DNA of 37,802 bases from a virus (lineage: Duplodnaviria > Caudoviricetes): IMG/VR virus record IMGVR_UViG_3300030372_000099, positions 1-37,802 of that record; one strand, written 5' to 3'. Position numbers and translations under genes: made by a program. Shown piece by piece: positions 26,492-34,969 of this stretch. Below the pieces are notes generated by a model, which did no database searches, was not told the origin of the DNA, and was given only the letters and a program-made list of their open reading frames with translations. The stretch's first letter is position 1; every line of letters starts with the position of its first letter.

Positions 26492-26692
26492 TTAGTGAAT
26501 TGTTGGTAAATCAAATAACTCTTTAACCGATTGATATTCAATGCCGCTATTCTTCATAAGTTTTTTACAAAAATTATTAGCATGATTTTCATTCTCAAAT
26601 CCGTTTAAGTGAATTATCAACCCCCCTGTATCTTCTGCGTGAAATACCATTGCTGTTATTAATTTATCTGTGTATTTATCTTTTTCATTCAT
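26492..26692 (-). CDS. Hypothetical protein
   Basis: 66-aa ORF co-oriented with the operon, ending PTIH. Confidence 0.7.
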   Translation of the reverse strand: MNEKDKYTDKLITAMVFHAEDTGGLIIHLNGFENENHANNFCKKLMKNSGIEYQSVKELFDLPTIH

Positions 26693-26701
26693 CTTAAAGT
26701 C

Positions 26702-26726
26702 TGTGTGTGTTTGTGTGTGTTTGTGT
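26702..26726. repeat. Tandem 10-mer TGTGTGTGTT x2.5
   Basis: Seen directly in the gap downstream of terS. Confidence 0.85.
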
Positions 26727-26994
26727 CTTGAAGTCCCGATATATATATTCTTAAAAAATGCGGGTGGTTTTTCGGGTATACCCCCTCTTTGTTCTTTTGA
26801 AATCTACACTTTTGTATGCAGAAATAAGCTCTTACTACCCATTTACTGACCATTTGCTCTAATAAGTATTGATCCAAGCCAATTGTCGTCAGGATTTATA
26901 ACTGTGTACCTTAAACGAACTCCATAATGCGTGTGCGAGGAGCATGGATTGCGCTACTGAAATAGAACTTTCCTCACTCCTTATTCATTTCTTC

Positions 26995-27444
26995 TTATCT
27001 CTCTTTTGAATTACTCCCGATAGCTCCAGGTAACTCCTTAACATCCACACTTGATACTTGATCCAATACTGTTTTAATTTCTTTATCATCCTTTGGCTCT
27101 CCCCAACTTATGATTAAATGATTATCAATCTTCTGTTCAACCTGGCTTTTGTCTCCAAATGTTGATGCTGCTAATTTTGTAGCCAACCATCTAATGTGGC
27201 TCCACTTTTCCCTCAAGAAATGTGTCTCTTGTGGTGTCTTTGGTACTTGCATATCTTCAGCTATTTTATCTAACAAAGTCCAAACACCCGTTTGTCTTGC
27301 TCTCATAATCTTAGCTTGTAATTCTTTATCAGCTCTACATTTCTTATAAACTGTTGAAACATCTGGCATTGATTTATCTTTACAAATAGTTGAGAGTGGC
27401 TCTCCCAATTCTAATCTTTCACATATTTTTTCAATTTGATCCAT
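26995..27444 (-). CDS. terS: Terminase small subunit (Sf6 gp1-like)
   Basis: ICERLELGEPLSTICKDKSMPDVSTVY HTH, RWLATKL and FGDK; upstream of terL. Confidence 0.88.
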   Translation of the reverse strand: MDQIEKICERLELGEPLSTICKDKSMPDVSTVYKKCRADKELQAKIMRARQTGVWTLLDKIAEDMQVPKTPQETHFLREKWSHIRWLATKLAASTFGDKSQVEQKIDNHLIISWGEPKDDKEIKTVLDQVSSVDVKELPGAIGSNSKER

Positions 27445-27668
27445 TCGTATAATTCTTGATAACTTTTATTTCTATATTGTTTTAAATTTCTTATTGCTTT
27501 TATTCTGCCTTCAATAGATCTTGGTCCAGTAGATTCTCCAGCATGAAATTTGCATCGGTATTTTTTTGAAGTCTTTTGATAATATCCTTTGCACAAACAC
27601 CTTTTTGTATAATTACTTCCTCTTGTATAACTGTCGCATTGGATCTTATGTAAGGGTCTCCCAGGCAT
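27411..27668 (-). CDS. HGGxSTG-domain protein
   Basis: RCKFHAGESTGPRSIEGR with upstream Cys residues. Confidence 0.8.
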   Translation of the reverse strand: MPGRPLHKIQCDSYTRGSNYTKRCLCKGYYQKTSKKYRCKFHAGESTGPRSIEGRIKAIRNLKQYRNKSYQELYEWIKLKKYVKD

Positions 27669-27693
27669 AAAAATACTAAGCCTATCTTTCCTA

Positions 27694-28107
27694 TTAGATT
27701 AATTTGTCAATCTTGTCTATAAGAGATTTATCAAGACTAAATTCAAGGTTAAGAATAGCAGCTGTATATTTTTTTTTAATTGTTACACGATGGCAGCCAA
27801 ACTGTCTTGCTAAAGCTACCCAGGAATATCGCATGGCTCTTGCCCAAATTAATCTACGATCCTCTAGCTTTTCAATTTTTATTAATAATTCTATAGCCAG
27901 TTCCCAGCAAGTGATTTGATGACTATTAGCTCTAAGTTTTAAGCCTTTTTTCTGCCAAAATCCTATATCCTTTGGATCATAGCTCATCTTTAAAACATCA
28001 TACATTTTGGGAGTTTTAGGTTTTAAAGCATTTAAACCTGGCATCATTCTTTCGGTTCTGCCAGCAACTTCAAAGACTTCAATTATTTTATGAGCTATTA
28101 TCCGCAC
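27694..28107 (-). CDS. Putative late-gene regulator (DUF6362/Q-like, C-terminal HTH)
   Basis: DRRLIWARAMRYSWVALARQFGCHRVTI; between replication and packaging genes. Confidence 0.6.
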   Translation of the reverse strand: MRIIAHKIIEVFEVAGRTERMMPGLNALKPKTPKMYDVLKMSYDPKDIGFWQKKGLKLRANSHQITCWELAIELLIKIEKLEDRRLIWARAMRYSWVALARQFGCHRVTIKKKYTAAILNLEFSLDKSLIDKIDKLI

Positions 28108-28703
28108 ATTGCTGCCTTTTCTGCGGCAGCATCAAACTTTTTTTTGGAGGGGTTTACCTCCTCAATTATATTTTTAAAAGAATGCTTACGGATTATATCC
28201 CCATTATCATTCCTAAATTCCTTCCAAAATCCCTCTTTTCCACATTCCTTATATGTTTTTCCTTTATATTCTATAGTAAGTTTTTCAACCCCCTGTCTTG
28301 AGAATATCCTATTATAGTTATTAACATTATTCTTATACCTATAGTTAGTTTTATAAGATGGTTTTATTAATATACCTCTGTGTGATATATCTCTCCCCTC
28401 TGTGAGAGTTATCACTCTCTTTTTAATAGTATCCTCAAGTATTTTTTGTTGCGATAATAAGTAAAGGTTTGTGGAGCTTAGCCGTTTTTTACTTATAAAC
28501 TGTAGCTTGGCAAGGTGTTGAATACTCCGTTGTATAGCTGCTATTGATATTCCAGTTCGCTTTTTAATTGTGGCGTATCTTGGATAACATTTACCATCCT
28601 TTCTATCCATATAAGAAACCAAAGCAAAATAAACTAACTTGTCAATAGCACTCAGCCGCTTATCCGCCAAAACATTTAGATCTCCTACAAAATATAAACT
28701 CAA
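28098..28703 (-). CDS. Replication initiator-like winged-HTH protein
   Basis: LSAIDKLVY...CYPRYATIKKRTGIS...IQHLAKLQFI...NLY. The start is a non-ATG codon. Confidence 0.75.
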   Translation of the reverse strand: MSLYFVGDLNVLADKRLSAIDKLVYFALVSYMDRKDGKCYPRYATIKKRTGISIAAIQRSIQHLAKLQFISKKRLSSTNLYLLSQQKILEDTIKKRVITLTEGRDISHRGILIKPSYKTNYRYKNNVNNYNRIFSRQGVEKLTIEYKGKTYKECGKEGFWKEFRNDNGDIIRKHSFKNIIEEVNPSKKKFDAAAEKAAMCG

Positions 28704-29092
28704 GCTACATCCTTTTTTCTACAAATTAAATTGTGCCGATCCTGGAGCAGCTCCATTGCTTGAACCCAAGCATCGGGAGTTAAATAAACTTCTTTTTGAT
28801 CTTTAGTGGGAGTGAGCTGCTTAACTCTAAAGCTAATTACTTCCCTTTTATCATTAACCTTATAAAAAATTAAAAAACTAGGTAAACCAGCTAATCTTGC
28901 TAAAGCCTCCGTTGTAGTAGTTGCTTTCCATTTTTGATTAACATCGAAAGTAGTCTCTGCAAGATACAAGGGAGCCTTACATTTTAAACAGATACCCACG
29001 CTATCTATATCAATGTAACCAAGTTTATTATCTAGGTTCCTGTGCCATTCAGAATAAGGATCTCCTTTATCAAAATAATTATTACGAGCCAT
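28700..29092 (-). CDS. Hypothetical protein, possible PD-(D/E)XK-like fold with CxxC
   Basis: YSEWHR, IDID, CLKC and LAET. Start moved to the ATG at 29092. Confidence 0.65.
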   Translation of the reverse strand: MARNNYFDKGDPYSEWHRNLDNKLGYIDIDSVGICLKCKAPLYLAETTFDVNQKWKATTTTEALARLAGLPSFLIFYKVNDKREVISFRVKQLTPTKDQKEVYLTPDAWVQAMELLQDRHNLICRKKDVA

Positions 29093-29157
29093 CGATATTA
29101 TATACCTCACGATTTTTAATATAAAAAATATCAATCTGACACTTCACGGGGATAACT

Positions 29158-29388
29158 TTATTTTTTTCCATCTATCCTTATGTAATTTTGTTGGTAATCT
29201 GAAACTTGTTTTGCTAGCTTTTTATTATCTTCCTTAACTTCGTCTAATTCCTTACGCAGCTCCCCATTTAATTCCTTATGTCCCTTGCTAATTATTTGAA
29301 AGTTAGAGTTTTCTTCAACCAACCTTTTATTAGCTTCATTAAGTTTTTTAATTTCTAAATCTTTTCTATCTTCATCATTCATACACAT
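29158..29388 (-). CDS. Coiled-coil hypothetical protein
   Basis: Heptad-rich 76 aa; HKELNGELR. Confidence 0.7.
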   Translation of the reverse strand: MCMNDEDRKDLEIKKLNEANKRLVEENSNFQIISKGHKELNGELRKELDEVKEDNKKLAKQVSDYQQNYIRIDGKK

Positions 29389-29618
29389 TGCTCTTTTTCA
29401 AACTTATCGCCTAAATATTCTATTTTATGTCTGTCATTAGATGGATGGTTAAAATCACAACATCCAGCAGACATCGAATTTGGATATTTATTAACCCACT
29501 TCATATAAGTTTTACAAAATTTATCCCACTCAACTTTATAAATATCTATTGTTTGATTTTGTGTTTTTTTTGGAAATAAAATTACAGCTGCAACAATAAA
29601 TAAAAATAAATATTTCAT
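29379..29618 (-). CDS. Hypothetical exported/membrane protein
   Basis: Hydrophobic N-terminus; ATGA overlap with the upstream gene. Confidence 0.65.
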   Translation of the reverse strand: MKYLFLFIVAAVILFPKKTQNQTIDIYKVEWDKFCKTYMKWVNKYPNSMSAGCCDFNHPSNDRHKIEYLGDKFEKEQCV

Positions 29619-29899
29619 TTAATCACTATCTCCGTAACCTCTTGAACCCAAGCTCCAGGAATTGTATTTAGATTTCCTACTTCAAGCGTTCCATCTTCAT
29701 CAACGGAATAGTCGGCAAAGATTGTAATTTTTTTTCTTGTTCTGAGTAATTGATAACCTTTAGAATAACAGATAGCGGGTTTAAGTCGTATTGCTTTGGA
29801 GATTGGCATCCATTCATTGTTAGCAATACAATCAAACCACTTAACTTCAACAAACGGATAATCATCTATAGTTCCTGTTAGTTTTTTTTTCTTAGCCAT
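29615..29899 (-). CDS. Conserved phage hypothetical protein
   Basis: VEVKWFD...C.S.G...IP..WV pattern; coupled to the cro-like gene. Confidence 0.75.
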   Translation of the reverse strand: MAKKKKLTGTIDDYPFVEVKWFDCIANNEWMPISKAIRLKPAICYSKGYQLLRTRKKITIFADYSVDEDGTLEVGNLNTIPGAWVQEVTEIVIK

Positions 29900-30080
29900 A
29901 AAAATCAGCGGGTTTGACTTTTCCTCTAGTTTTCTTTTTAATTAATTCCATGTTGGATTTGCCTGGCATCCTTGTGCCATTGGTCCACCTAAAAACTGTG
30001 CTTGCTGCTTTAATTCCTAGAAACTCTGCTAATCTTTGATGCGAATAACCTTCTTTTTTTTGAAATTCCTTTAGTGTCAT
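29892..30080 (-). CDS. Cro-like HTH regulator
   Basis: MTLKEF...SHQRLAEFLG...STVFRWTNGTRMP...GKVKPADFY; divergent from the repressor. Start moved to the ATG at 30080. Confidence 0.88.
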   Translation of the reverse strand: MTLKEFQKKEGYSHQRLAEFLGIKAASTVFRWTNGTRMPGKSNMELIKKKTRGKVKPADFYG

Positions 30081-30117
30081 TGGCAACTCTTGTATGCAAT
30101 AATGCCAACTTGTCAAA
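30081..30117 (-). promoter_or_regulatory. Leftward lytic promoter with overlapping operator
   Basis: TTGACA (30116-30111), 16-nt spacer, TACAAG, ATG 8 nt later; operator AATGCCA-act-TGTCAAA at 30101-30117. Confidence 0.65.
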
Positions 30118-30198
30118 AGAACATTCATAATATATTGGGGATAACAAGGGATAAAGTTACTTATTATACAACTTTAAATATAACTTTATACAAATACC

Positions 30199-30240
30199 TT
30201 TACAAATAAATCCTATTGAATATATTGCCAGTATGTCAAT
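30199..30240 (+). promoter_or_regulatory. Repressor promoter (leaderless) with an operator over the start codon
   Basis: TTTACA-16-TATATT, ATG 6 nt later; ATTGCCA-gta-TGTCAAT at 30224-30240. Confidence 0.65.
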
Positions 30241-30934
30241 AAATAATAAAAAATTAAAATTAGTAGAAAACGCACATTCAGAAAAAACTATGGCAAATTT
30301 ATCTAAACTTTTAAAAGATAATGATATGAGCCAGGTAGAATTAGCAAAACAACTTGGAAGAGATAAAACAACTGTTAATAGATGGGTAAAAAATTCAAGA
30401 GAAGTAGCTTGGGATAATGCAGTTGAAATTTCAAAAGTTTTAAAATGCCATCCAGTAGATATTATTGAAGGTGGTAAATCAGAGATTGTATTACGACAAA
30501 AATGTTTTTGGGATGGTGTAGTTAAAGATTTAACCAAAGAAGAACAGCACAGAATACCTATTCCGTATGAATACAACCATAAAAATATAATGGCTATTCA
30601 AATGGAGTGTCCAGGAACACCAACCGATGGAGAAATTTGGTTATTTGATATGCCTAAAAATAAAAAATTTCATAAGTCGGCAATTGGTAGAATTTGTTAT
30701 TTAGCTCCCTCAAAAGAAGCAGCTAAACTTGCTTTAAAACAATTTAAACATAAATGTACTCCTTGTATTGGTTTGTTAAAACCAAATGGGGATGGAACCT
30801 TAGCAATTTTAAACAGCTCAACTGGAAAAATTCTTAATCAAGCGTGCAATAATGTGCCGCCAAATTTTTTAGAAGTAGCCACACCCGTTAAGGCAAAATA
30901 CGATCCAGAGTTAATTAATTTAGTTATTAAATAA
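30233..30934 (+). CDS. CI-like XRE-family repressor
   Basis: MSQVELAKQLGRDKTTVNRW HTH plus a C-terminal beta domain; divergent from the cro-like gene. Confidence 0.85.
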   Translation: MSINNKKLKLVENAHSEKTMANLSKLLKDNDMSQVELAKQLGRDKTTVNRWVKNSREVAWDNAVEISKVLKCHPVDIIEGGKSEIVLRQKCFWDGVVKDLTKEEQHRIPIPYEYNHKNIMAIQMECPGTPTDGEIWLFDMPKNKKFHKSAIGRICYLAPSKEAAKLALKQFKHKCTPCIGLLKPNGDGTLAILNSSTGKILNQACNNVPPNFLEVATPVKAKYDPELINLVIK

Positions 30935-31043
30935 TTATATATACAACCTATAATATGTGCTGTTGGCAACTATGTTGACAAAGTGCTTATTTCGTTTGCA
31001 ATAAATTCCAAAATGTTTATCAATTGTTCTCTTGATTTGATTT

Positions 31044-31997
31044 ATGGAATTAAAAGAAAATATTGTAGATAAAGAATTATTTGAATGGATCCAAGGGATC
31101 AAACCACTTCCAGAGTGGGTTAAACTTTATAAATTAAATCATCACTCCCCTTCTCAAATAAATGCCGCAGATGATATGTGGGGATATAAATATTTATATC
31201 TTACCCAGGAAGAAAGAAGAAATTTACCTATCAATTCTAAGATGCACTCTGGCGTTTGTATTGGAGATATGGGTCAATATGAATTTGGAAATTATATTTG
31301 GAAATTTGTTAAAGGAAAAGGTTTAGTTAAAACAGAAATTCCAAAAACTAAAAAAATATTTGAAAAAGTTTTAGATAAATTTGATGCTTATCAACCCGCT
31401 TCAGAAGAAGATAAATTATCCCACCAAGAAAATAAAAAAGGATTAGCAAAAACATATCATCAATTAAAATGGGGTTTAAAAGATATTAAATTAACATCTC
31501 CTATTGAATGCGAAAGATCTGTTAGCCTGGAGCTGCCTGGCTGTCAACTTCCAGTTATAGGAAGAGTGGATTTTGAAGATGAAAACAATTTTGTTGAATT
31601 AAAAACAAAGTGGTACAAAAAGAATAGACCTAGAAAAGATGGCACTAGCTCATATTCAGTTCCTAAAATTGACGAAGGTTATATGGGTTGGAATGAACAT
31701 ATTTTGCAAGTTGCTTTTTATTATTTAGCAACAAGAAAAAAACCTCATTTGTTAGTTATAAATCCAGAAAGTTATAATATTTTTACTCCAGATAATTGCG
31801 AAGATTTAAAACCAGAAAATTTAAAAAAATTAATTAATAAAATGAGAGTAGTTTGTAAGCGTAGAGAAGAAATAATGGAACGACACTCTGGAAAAACTAC
31901 CTGGGTAGAAGATATATTTCCAGATTTTGACCATTTCTTTTGGAGAGGAATGGGAGATCATTTAACAGCTGCTATGAGATTGTGGGGTCATGTATGA
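31044..31997 (+). CDS. PD-(D/E)XK exonuclease (RecB/Cas4-like)
   Basis: HHSPSQ, IGRVDF, VELKT and QVAFY motifs. Confidence 0.85.
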   Translation: MELKENIVDKELFEWIQGIKPLPEWVKLYKLNHHSPSQINAADDMWGYKYLYLTQEERRNLPINSKMHSGVCIGDMGQYEFGNYIWKFVKGKGLVKTEIPKTKKIFEKVLDKFDAYQPASEEDKLSHQENKKGLAKTYHQLKWGLKDIKLTSPIECERSVSLELPGCQLPVIGRVDFEDENNFVELKTKWYKKNRPRKDGTSSYSVPKIDEGYMGWNEHILQVAFYYLATRKKPHLLVINPESYNIFTPDNCEDLKPENLKKLINKMRVVCKRREEIMERHSGKTTWVEDIFPDFDHFFWRGMGDHLTAAMRLWGHV

Positions 31998-32104
31998 AAA
32001 AGAAAACAGATAGAAATTTAGTTTGGCACATCTACCATACGATCTTAGCTTTGTTATTAGCTGGTGTTTTAATTGTGGAGATTATTGAATTATGGATAAA
32101 ATAA
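31994..32104 (+). CDS. Small membrane protein (36 aa)
   Basis: Manual translation MKKKTDRNLVWHIYHTILALLLAGVLIVEIIELWIK; ATGA overlap. Confidence 0.6.
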   Translation: MKKKTDRNLVWHIYHTILALLLAGVLIVEIIELWIK

Positions 32105-32319
32105 ATATGTTGAATTGGCAGCAAATAGAGCTGCAAAAGAAATTTGGAAAGATGCAAGAAAAAAAAAATAATGAAAGTATGGTGCTAAAAATTGTAAAAA
32201 TACTTTTGTTAATAGTCTTTTTCTCCCTCTTCTTTCTAAATAAAGATAGCCAAGGTTTCAGTTCTGCGGCAGCTTTGTCTGAGCCTTGGTTATTGAAAGG
32301 AGATAAATGGGTACTGTAG
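32092..32319 (+). CDS. Small single-TM protein; start uncertain
   Basis: KIVKILLLIVFFSLFFL segment. Confidence 0.55.
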   Translation: MDKINMLNWQQIELQKKFGKMQEKKNNESMVLKIVKILLLIVFFSLFFLNKDSQGFSSAAALSEPWLLKGDKWVL

Positions 32320-32891
32320 TAAACTTTCCACAAACATTGGAAAAACATTTAACAAAATTAAAAACTAATGGTGGAATCTATGAATTTGAACCAGGTAAGT
32401 TTGCAATTAAACATAAAGAAGTTGAACGCTTAGCAAATGAATATGGAATAGAAACTGATGTAGAATTAAATTATTGTGATCTTACTAAAGGTTGTGCAGT
32501 TGTTAAAAGTATAGCAAAATATCAAGGTAAAAAGTTTATAACTTTAGGAGAAGTATCTCCAGCTAATAACCTATTTGCTTATCCAGTTGCAGTAGCTGAA
32601 AAGAGAGCTGCGGATAGAGCTATTCTTAAAGCTCTTAATATTCATGGAGATTTATATTCACAATCTGAACTACCACCAAAGCAAAGAAATGAAAACCAGG
32701 GGATTAAGTTAGAACACTCAGAATTTATTTTAGAAAGAATTAAACACGCAAGTCATCAAGCAAATTTAGAGCAGCTCCAAAGAGAGAATAAAGATTATCT
32801 TTTAGAGCTTGCTAAAAAAAATTCTATAAAAGCCAAAGAAATTATGGAGGCTTTTGAGAATAAAAATCAGCAATTAAAAGGAGGAAAATAA
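32307..32891 (+). CDS. Single-strand annealing protein (Rad52/Sak-like)
   Basis: GEVSP...AVAEKRAADRAILKAL...YSQSE; between the exonuclease and SSB-like genes. Confidence 0.7.
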   Translation: MGTVVNFPQTLEKHLTKLKTNGGIYEFEPGKFAIKHKEVERLANEYGIETDVELNYCDLTKGCAVVKSIAKYQGKKFITLGEVSPANNLFAYPVAVAEKRAADRAILKALNIHGDLYSQSELPPKQRNENQGIKLEHSEFILERIKHASHQANLEQLQRENKDYLLELAKKNSIKAKEIMEAFENKNQQLKGGK

Positions 32892-32892
32892 T

Positions 32893-33222
32893 ATGGCTGA
32901 ATACAATAACAAACCAAAGGATCCAAATTGGGTTTGTACTTTTTCGTTAAAGAAAAATGCAAATAAAGCACCAAAACCTGGAATGTCTCCAGAGGAAATA
33001 AAAAGTTTGGAAAAAAGACCAGACTTTGTTTTGGTTGATAGCGAAAAGTTAAATAAGAAGGGAGAACCTTTTAAAAAGAACTTTACTATCAATGGCTCTT
33101 GGTGTGAGGGATCTGGATATATCCAGGAAGATAAATCTCTTAAAATAACGATTAAGAAAACGGGTACTACTGGTGCTGCTCAACCAGCTCAAGGTGGTAC
33201 TGATTTTATGGATCAATTTTAA
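32893..33222 (+). CDS. Putative ssDNA-binding protein
   Basis: KRPDF, aromatic beta strands, flexible tail ending DFMDQF. Confidence 0.6.
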   Translation: MAEYNNKPKDPNWVCTFSLKKNANKAPKPGMSPEEIKSLEKRPDFVLVDSEKLNKKGEPFKKNFTINGSWCEGSGYIQEDKSLKITIKKTGTTGAAQPAQGGTDFMDQF

Positions 33223-33231
33223 AGGGGAAAT

Positions 33232-33447
33232 ATGAAATATGGTTTAACTGAAAAACAATTAAAATTATTTAATTATATTAAATCATATATGAAAAAAAAA
33301 CCTATCGCACCTTCTTACGATGAAATGAAGGTTGCGGTGGGTTTAAAATCCAAGTCTGGAATTGGAGCAATATTAAAACAATTAGAGGATAGAAAATGGA
33401 TAACAAAACTGACGGGAAAACATCGCAGTATCCAAATAAACCGATAG
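33232..33447 (+). CDS. Stand-alone LexA-type DNA-binding domain protein
   Basis: LTEKQ...YI...PSYDEM...GLKSKSG...L..RKWI...RSI; no peptidase domain. Confidence 0.85.
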   Translation: MKYGLTEKQLKLFNYIKSYMKKKPIAPSYDEMKVAVGLKSKSGIGAILKQLEDRKWITKLTGKHRSIQINR

Positions 33448-33731
33448 ATTTATCTCCAGATCCAAATACTAATACTTTAATTAGTAAAATCTTAGATAGA
33501 GACAAAGAAGGTATGGATAAGTTTGGTTTGACAATGCGGCAAGTTATGTTAAAAAATCCTAACGATTGTAAAATTTGGTTAAATGACGCATTAGAAGAAA
33601 GTATAGATCACTCCAGATATTTAATAGAAGCAATTTTATCCTATCAAAATTTAGCAGAAGAAAATAAAAAATTAAAAAAACAAATTAAAGAATTAAAAGA
33701 ACATAATAGGATGCTTTATGAGCATCCCTAA
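33396..33731 (+). CDS. Helical protein, possibly MazG-like nucleotide pyrophosphatase fold
   Basis: R..EG..KFG and W...ALEESIDHSRYL pattern. Confidence 0.5.
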   Translation: MDNKTDGKTSQYPNKPIDLSPDPNTNTLISKILDRDKEGMDKFGLTMRQVMLKNPNDCKIWLNDALEESIDHSRYLIEAILSYQNLAEENKKLKKQIKELKEHNRMLYEHP

Positions 33732-33993
33732 AAAGTTTGAAAAATTCTGGTCTGGATCAGTTTCATTTACGGCAACAGAAACTTTTAAAGACTTGAATGC
33801 AGCTGCTAAGGCTGGTGTACCAAGTTCAGCTGCTAAGATAGTTATAAGTGAAAAAACTTTATCTTATGACTTTCAACGCATAAAGGAGGTAGATGCCAAT
33901 GCATACACACTATCAACATCTGGAGAAAAAAATCCAGGTGGTAAAAAAGGAGAGGAAAAAGTTGAACGCAAAGATAACAAAGCAGTTAAATAA
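33718..33993 (+). CDS. Hypothetical protein
   Basis: 91-aa ORF coupled to the upstream gene. Confidence 0.65.
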   Translation: MSIPKKFEKFWSGSVSFTATETFKDLNAAAKAGVPSSAAKIVISEKTLSYDFQRIKEVDANAYTLSTSGEKNPGGKKGEEKVERKDNKAVK

Positions 33994-34096
33994 TGAAACT
34001 GTTAATCCAAGCATATCAGCTCTCTCTAAAGAAGCTCATAATAAGTTGATTGACATAATCACTTTAAAAGATGAGCAAAGCAAATTACCAGGCTAG
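33893..34096 (+). CDS. Hypothetical coiled-coil protein
   Basis: Strong AAGGAGGT SD immediately before the ATG; overlaps the tail of the previous ORF. Confidence 0.65.
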   Translation: MPMHTHYQHLEKKIQVVKKERKKLNAKITKQLNNETVNPSISALSKEAHNKLIDIITLKDEQSKLPG

Positions 34097-34107
34097 TCTG
34101 GTATTTT
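34086..34107 (+). terminator. Possible intrinsic terminator
   Basis: TACCAG-gctagt-CTGGTA followed by TTTT at the operon end. Confidence 0.45.
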
Positions 34108-34162
34108 ATAATCATTCTAAGAAACTGCTTTAAGCAGATAGCCATCCCTATGCCTACTAAAA

Positions 34163-34239
34163 GTTGCATAATTGGCAATGCAATACCTCATTAATTTATT
34201 ATATTGACAATCTGGCAATAATAACTATATTAATAATAT
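34163..34239 (+). promoter_or_regulatory. Early promoter with one strong and one weaker operator
   Basis: TTGACA (34204-34209), 16-nt spacer, TATATT, ATG 8 nt later; ATTGACA-atc-TGGCAAT at 34203-34219; GTTGCAT-aat-TGGCAAT at 34163-34179. Confidence 0.7.
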
Positions 34240-34410
34240 ATGGAAAAAACTTATAAAAGATATGAGTTCAAAACCTTCCAGGATCTTGAAAAGTTTTTTG
34301 TAAACAAGATCCTTCCTCAAAAAAACATACATTCAAAAGTTATTGGTAAGGTTCTTTTAGTTTGGAAAAAAATAGAAATACCAGTTTCTATAAAAAAGGA
34401 GGCTGCTTAA
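34240..34410 (+). CDS. Small early protein (56 aa, ends KEAA)
   Basis: Manual translation MEKTYKRYEFKTFQDLEKFFVNKILPQKNIHSKVIGKVLLVWKKIEIPVSIKKEAA. Confidence 0.75.
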   Translation: MEKTYKRYEFKTFQDLEKFFVNKILPQKNIHSKVIGKVLLVWKKIEIPVSIKKEAA

Positions 34411-34580
34411 TGAATAAAAAGTTTAATGTTTTATTTCAAATGACTTGGGGTTTTAATAACAATCAGTATTTTAGATCTTTAGTTGCTAAAGATAAAGATA
34501 CTTTAAAAAAAGATCTTGAGGCATCAATTAAAAAAGAAAATCATCCGATTAAAATAATATCAATAAAGGAGGCTGCTTAA
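34410..34580 (+). CDS. Small early protein (56 aa, ends KEAA)
   Basis: Start moved to the ATG at 34410 (AAGGAGG SD, TAATG overlap). Confidence 0.75.
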   Translation: MNKKFNVLFQMTWGFNNNQYFRSLVAKDKDTLKKDLEASIKKENHPIKIISIKEAA

Positions 34581-34969
34581 TGACTTTAACAAAAGCTCAA
34601 CTGTTTAAATCTTATGATCTTCCAAGTTGGAGTTTCTGCCAAGAAAGTTCAGCGGGTTATAAATACGAGGGATATGCTTGGAGTGGTGGTTTTAAGATCA
34701 AAAAAAATAACCAAGCTACCAACTGGCATAAATACTTTAAAGCGAATGTCCAGGCTGGTTTAGAAGGTACTGGATATATCTTACATAGATACAAAAAAGC
34801 AGATGGTATTAAAAAAACAGTAGTTGGTAAAACTTATGCCAATTACTTAAATGCTAATGATAAAAAATATTATGGCATGACGGGAAAGCAATTTTATAAT
34901 TTTACAGAAAATGACAATGGTTATGAGAATGCTTTATTTTTTAAAACAAATCAAAAGGAGGCTGCATAA
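34580..34969 (+). CDS. Early hypothetical protein (129 aa, aromatic-rich, ends KEAA)
   Basis: AAGGAGG SD and TAATG coupling. Confidence 0.8.
   Translation: MTLTKAQLFKSYDLPSWSFCQESSAGYKYEGYAWSGGFKIKKNNQATNWHKYFKANVQAGLEGTGYILHRYKKADGIKKTVVGKTYANYLNANDKKYYGMTGKQFYNFTENDNGYENALFFKTNQKEAA

Noticed and set aside
26831-26840. CTTACTACCC copy matching the integrase arm motif
   Set aside because: Single 10-mer about 10 kb from attP with no core; could be chance.
26689-26877. 62-aa ORF in the gap after terS
   Set aside because: Runs through simple repeats (THKHTQT), has no SD and has atypical composition.
31044-31997. Cas4 as evidence of a CRISPR system
   Set aside because: Context beside SSAP and SSB genes indicates a recombination exonuclease.
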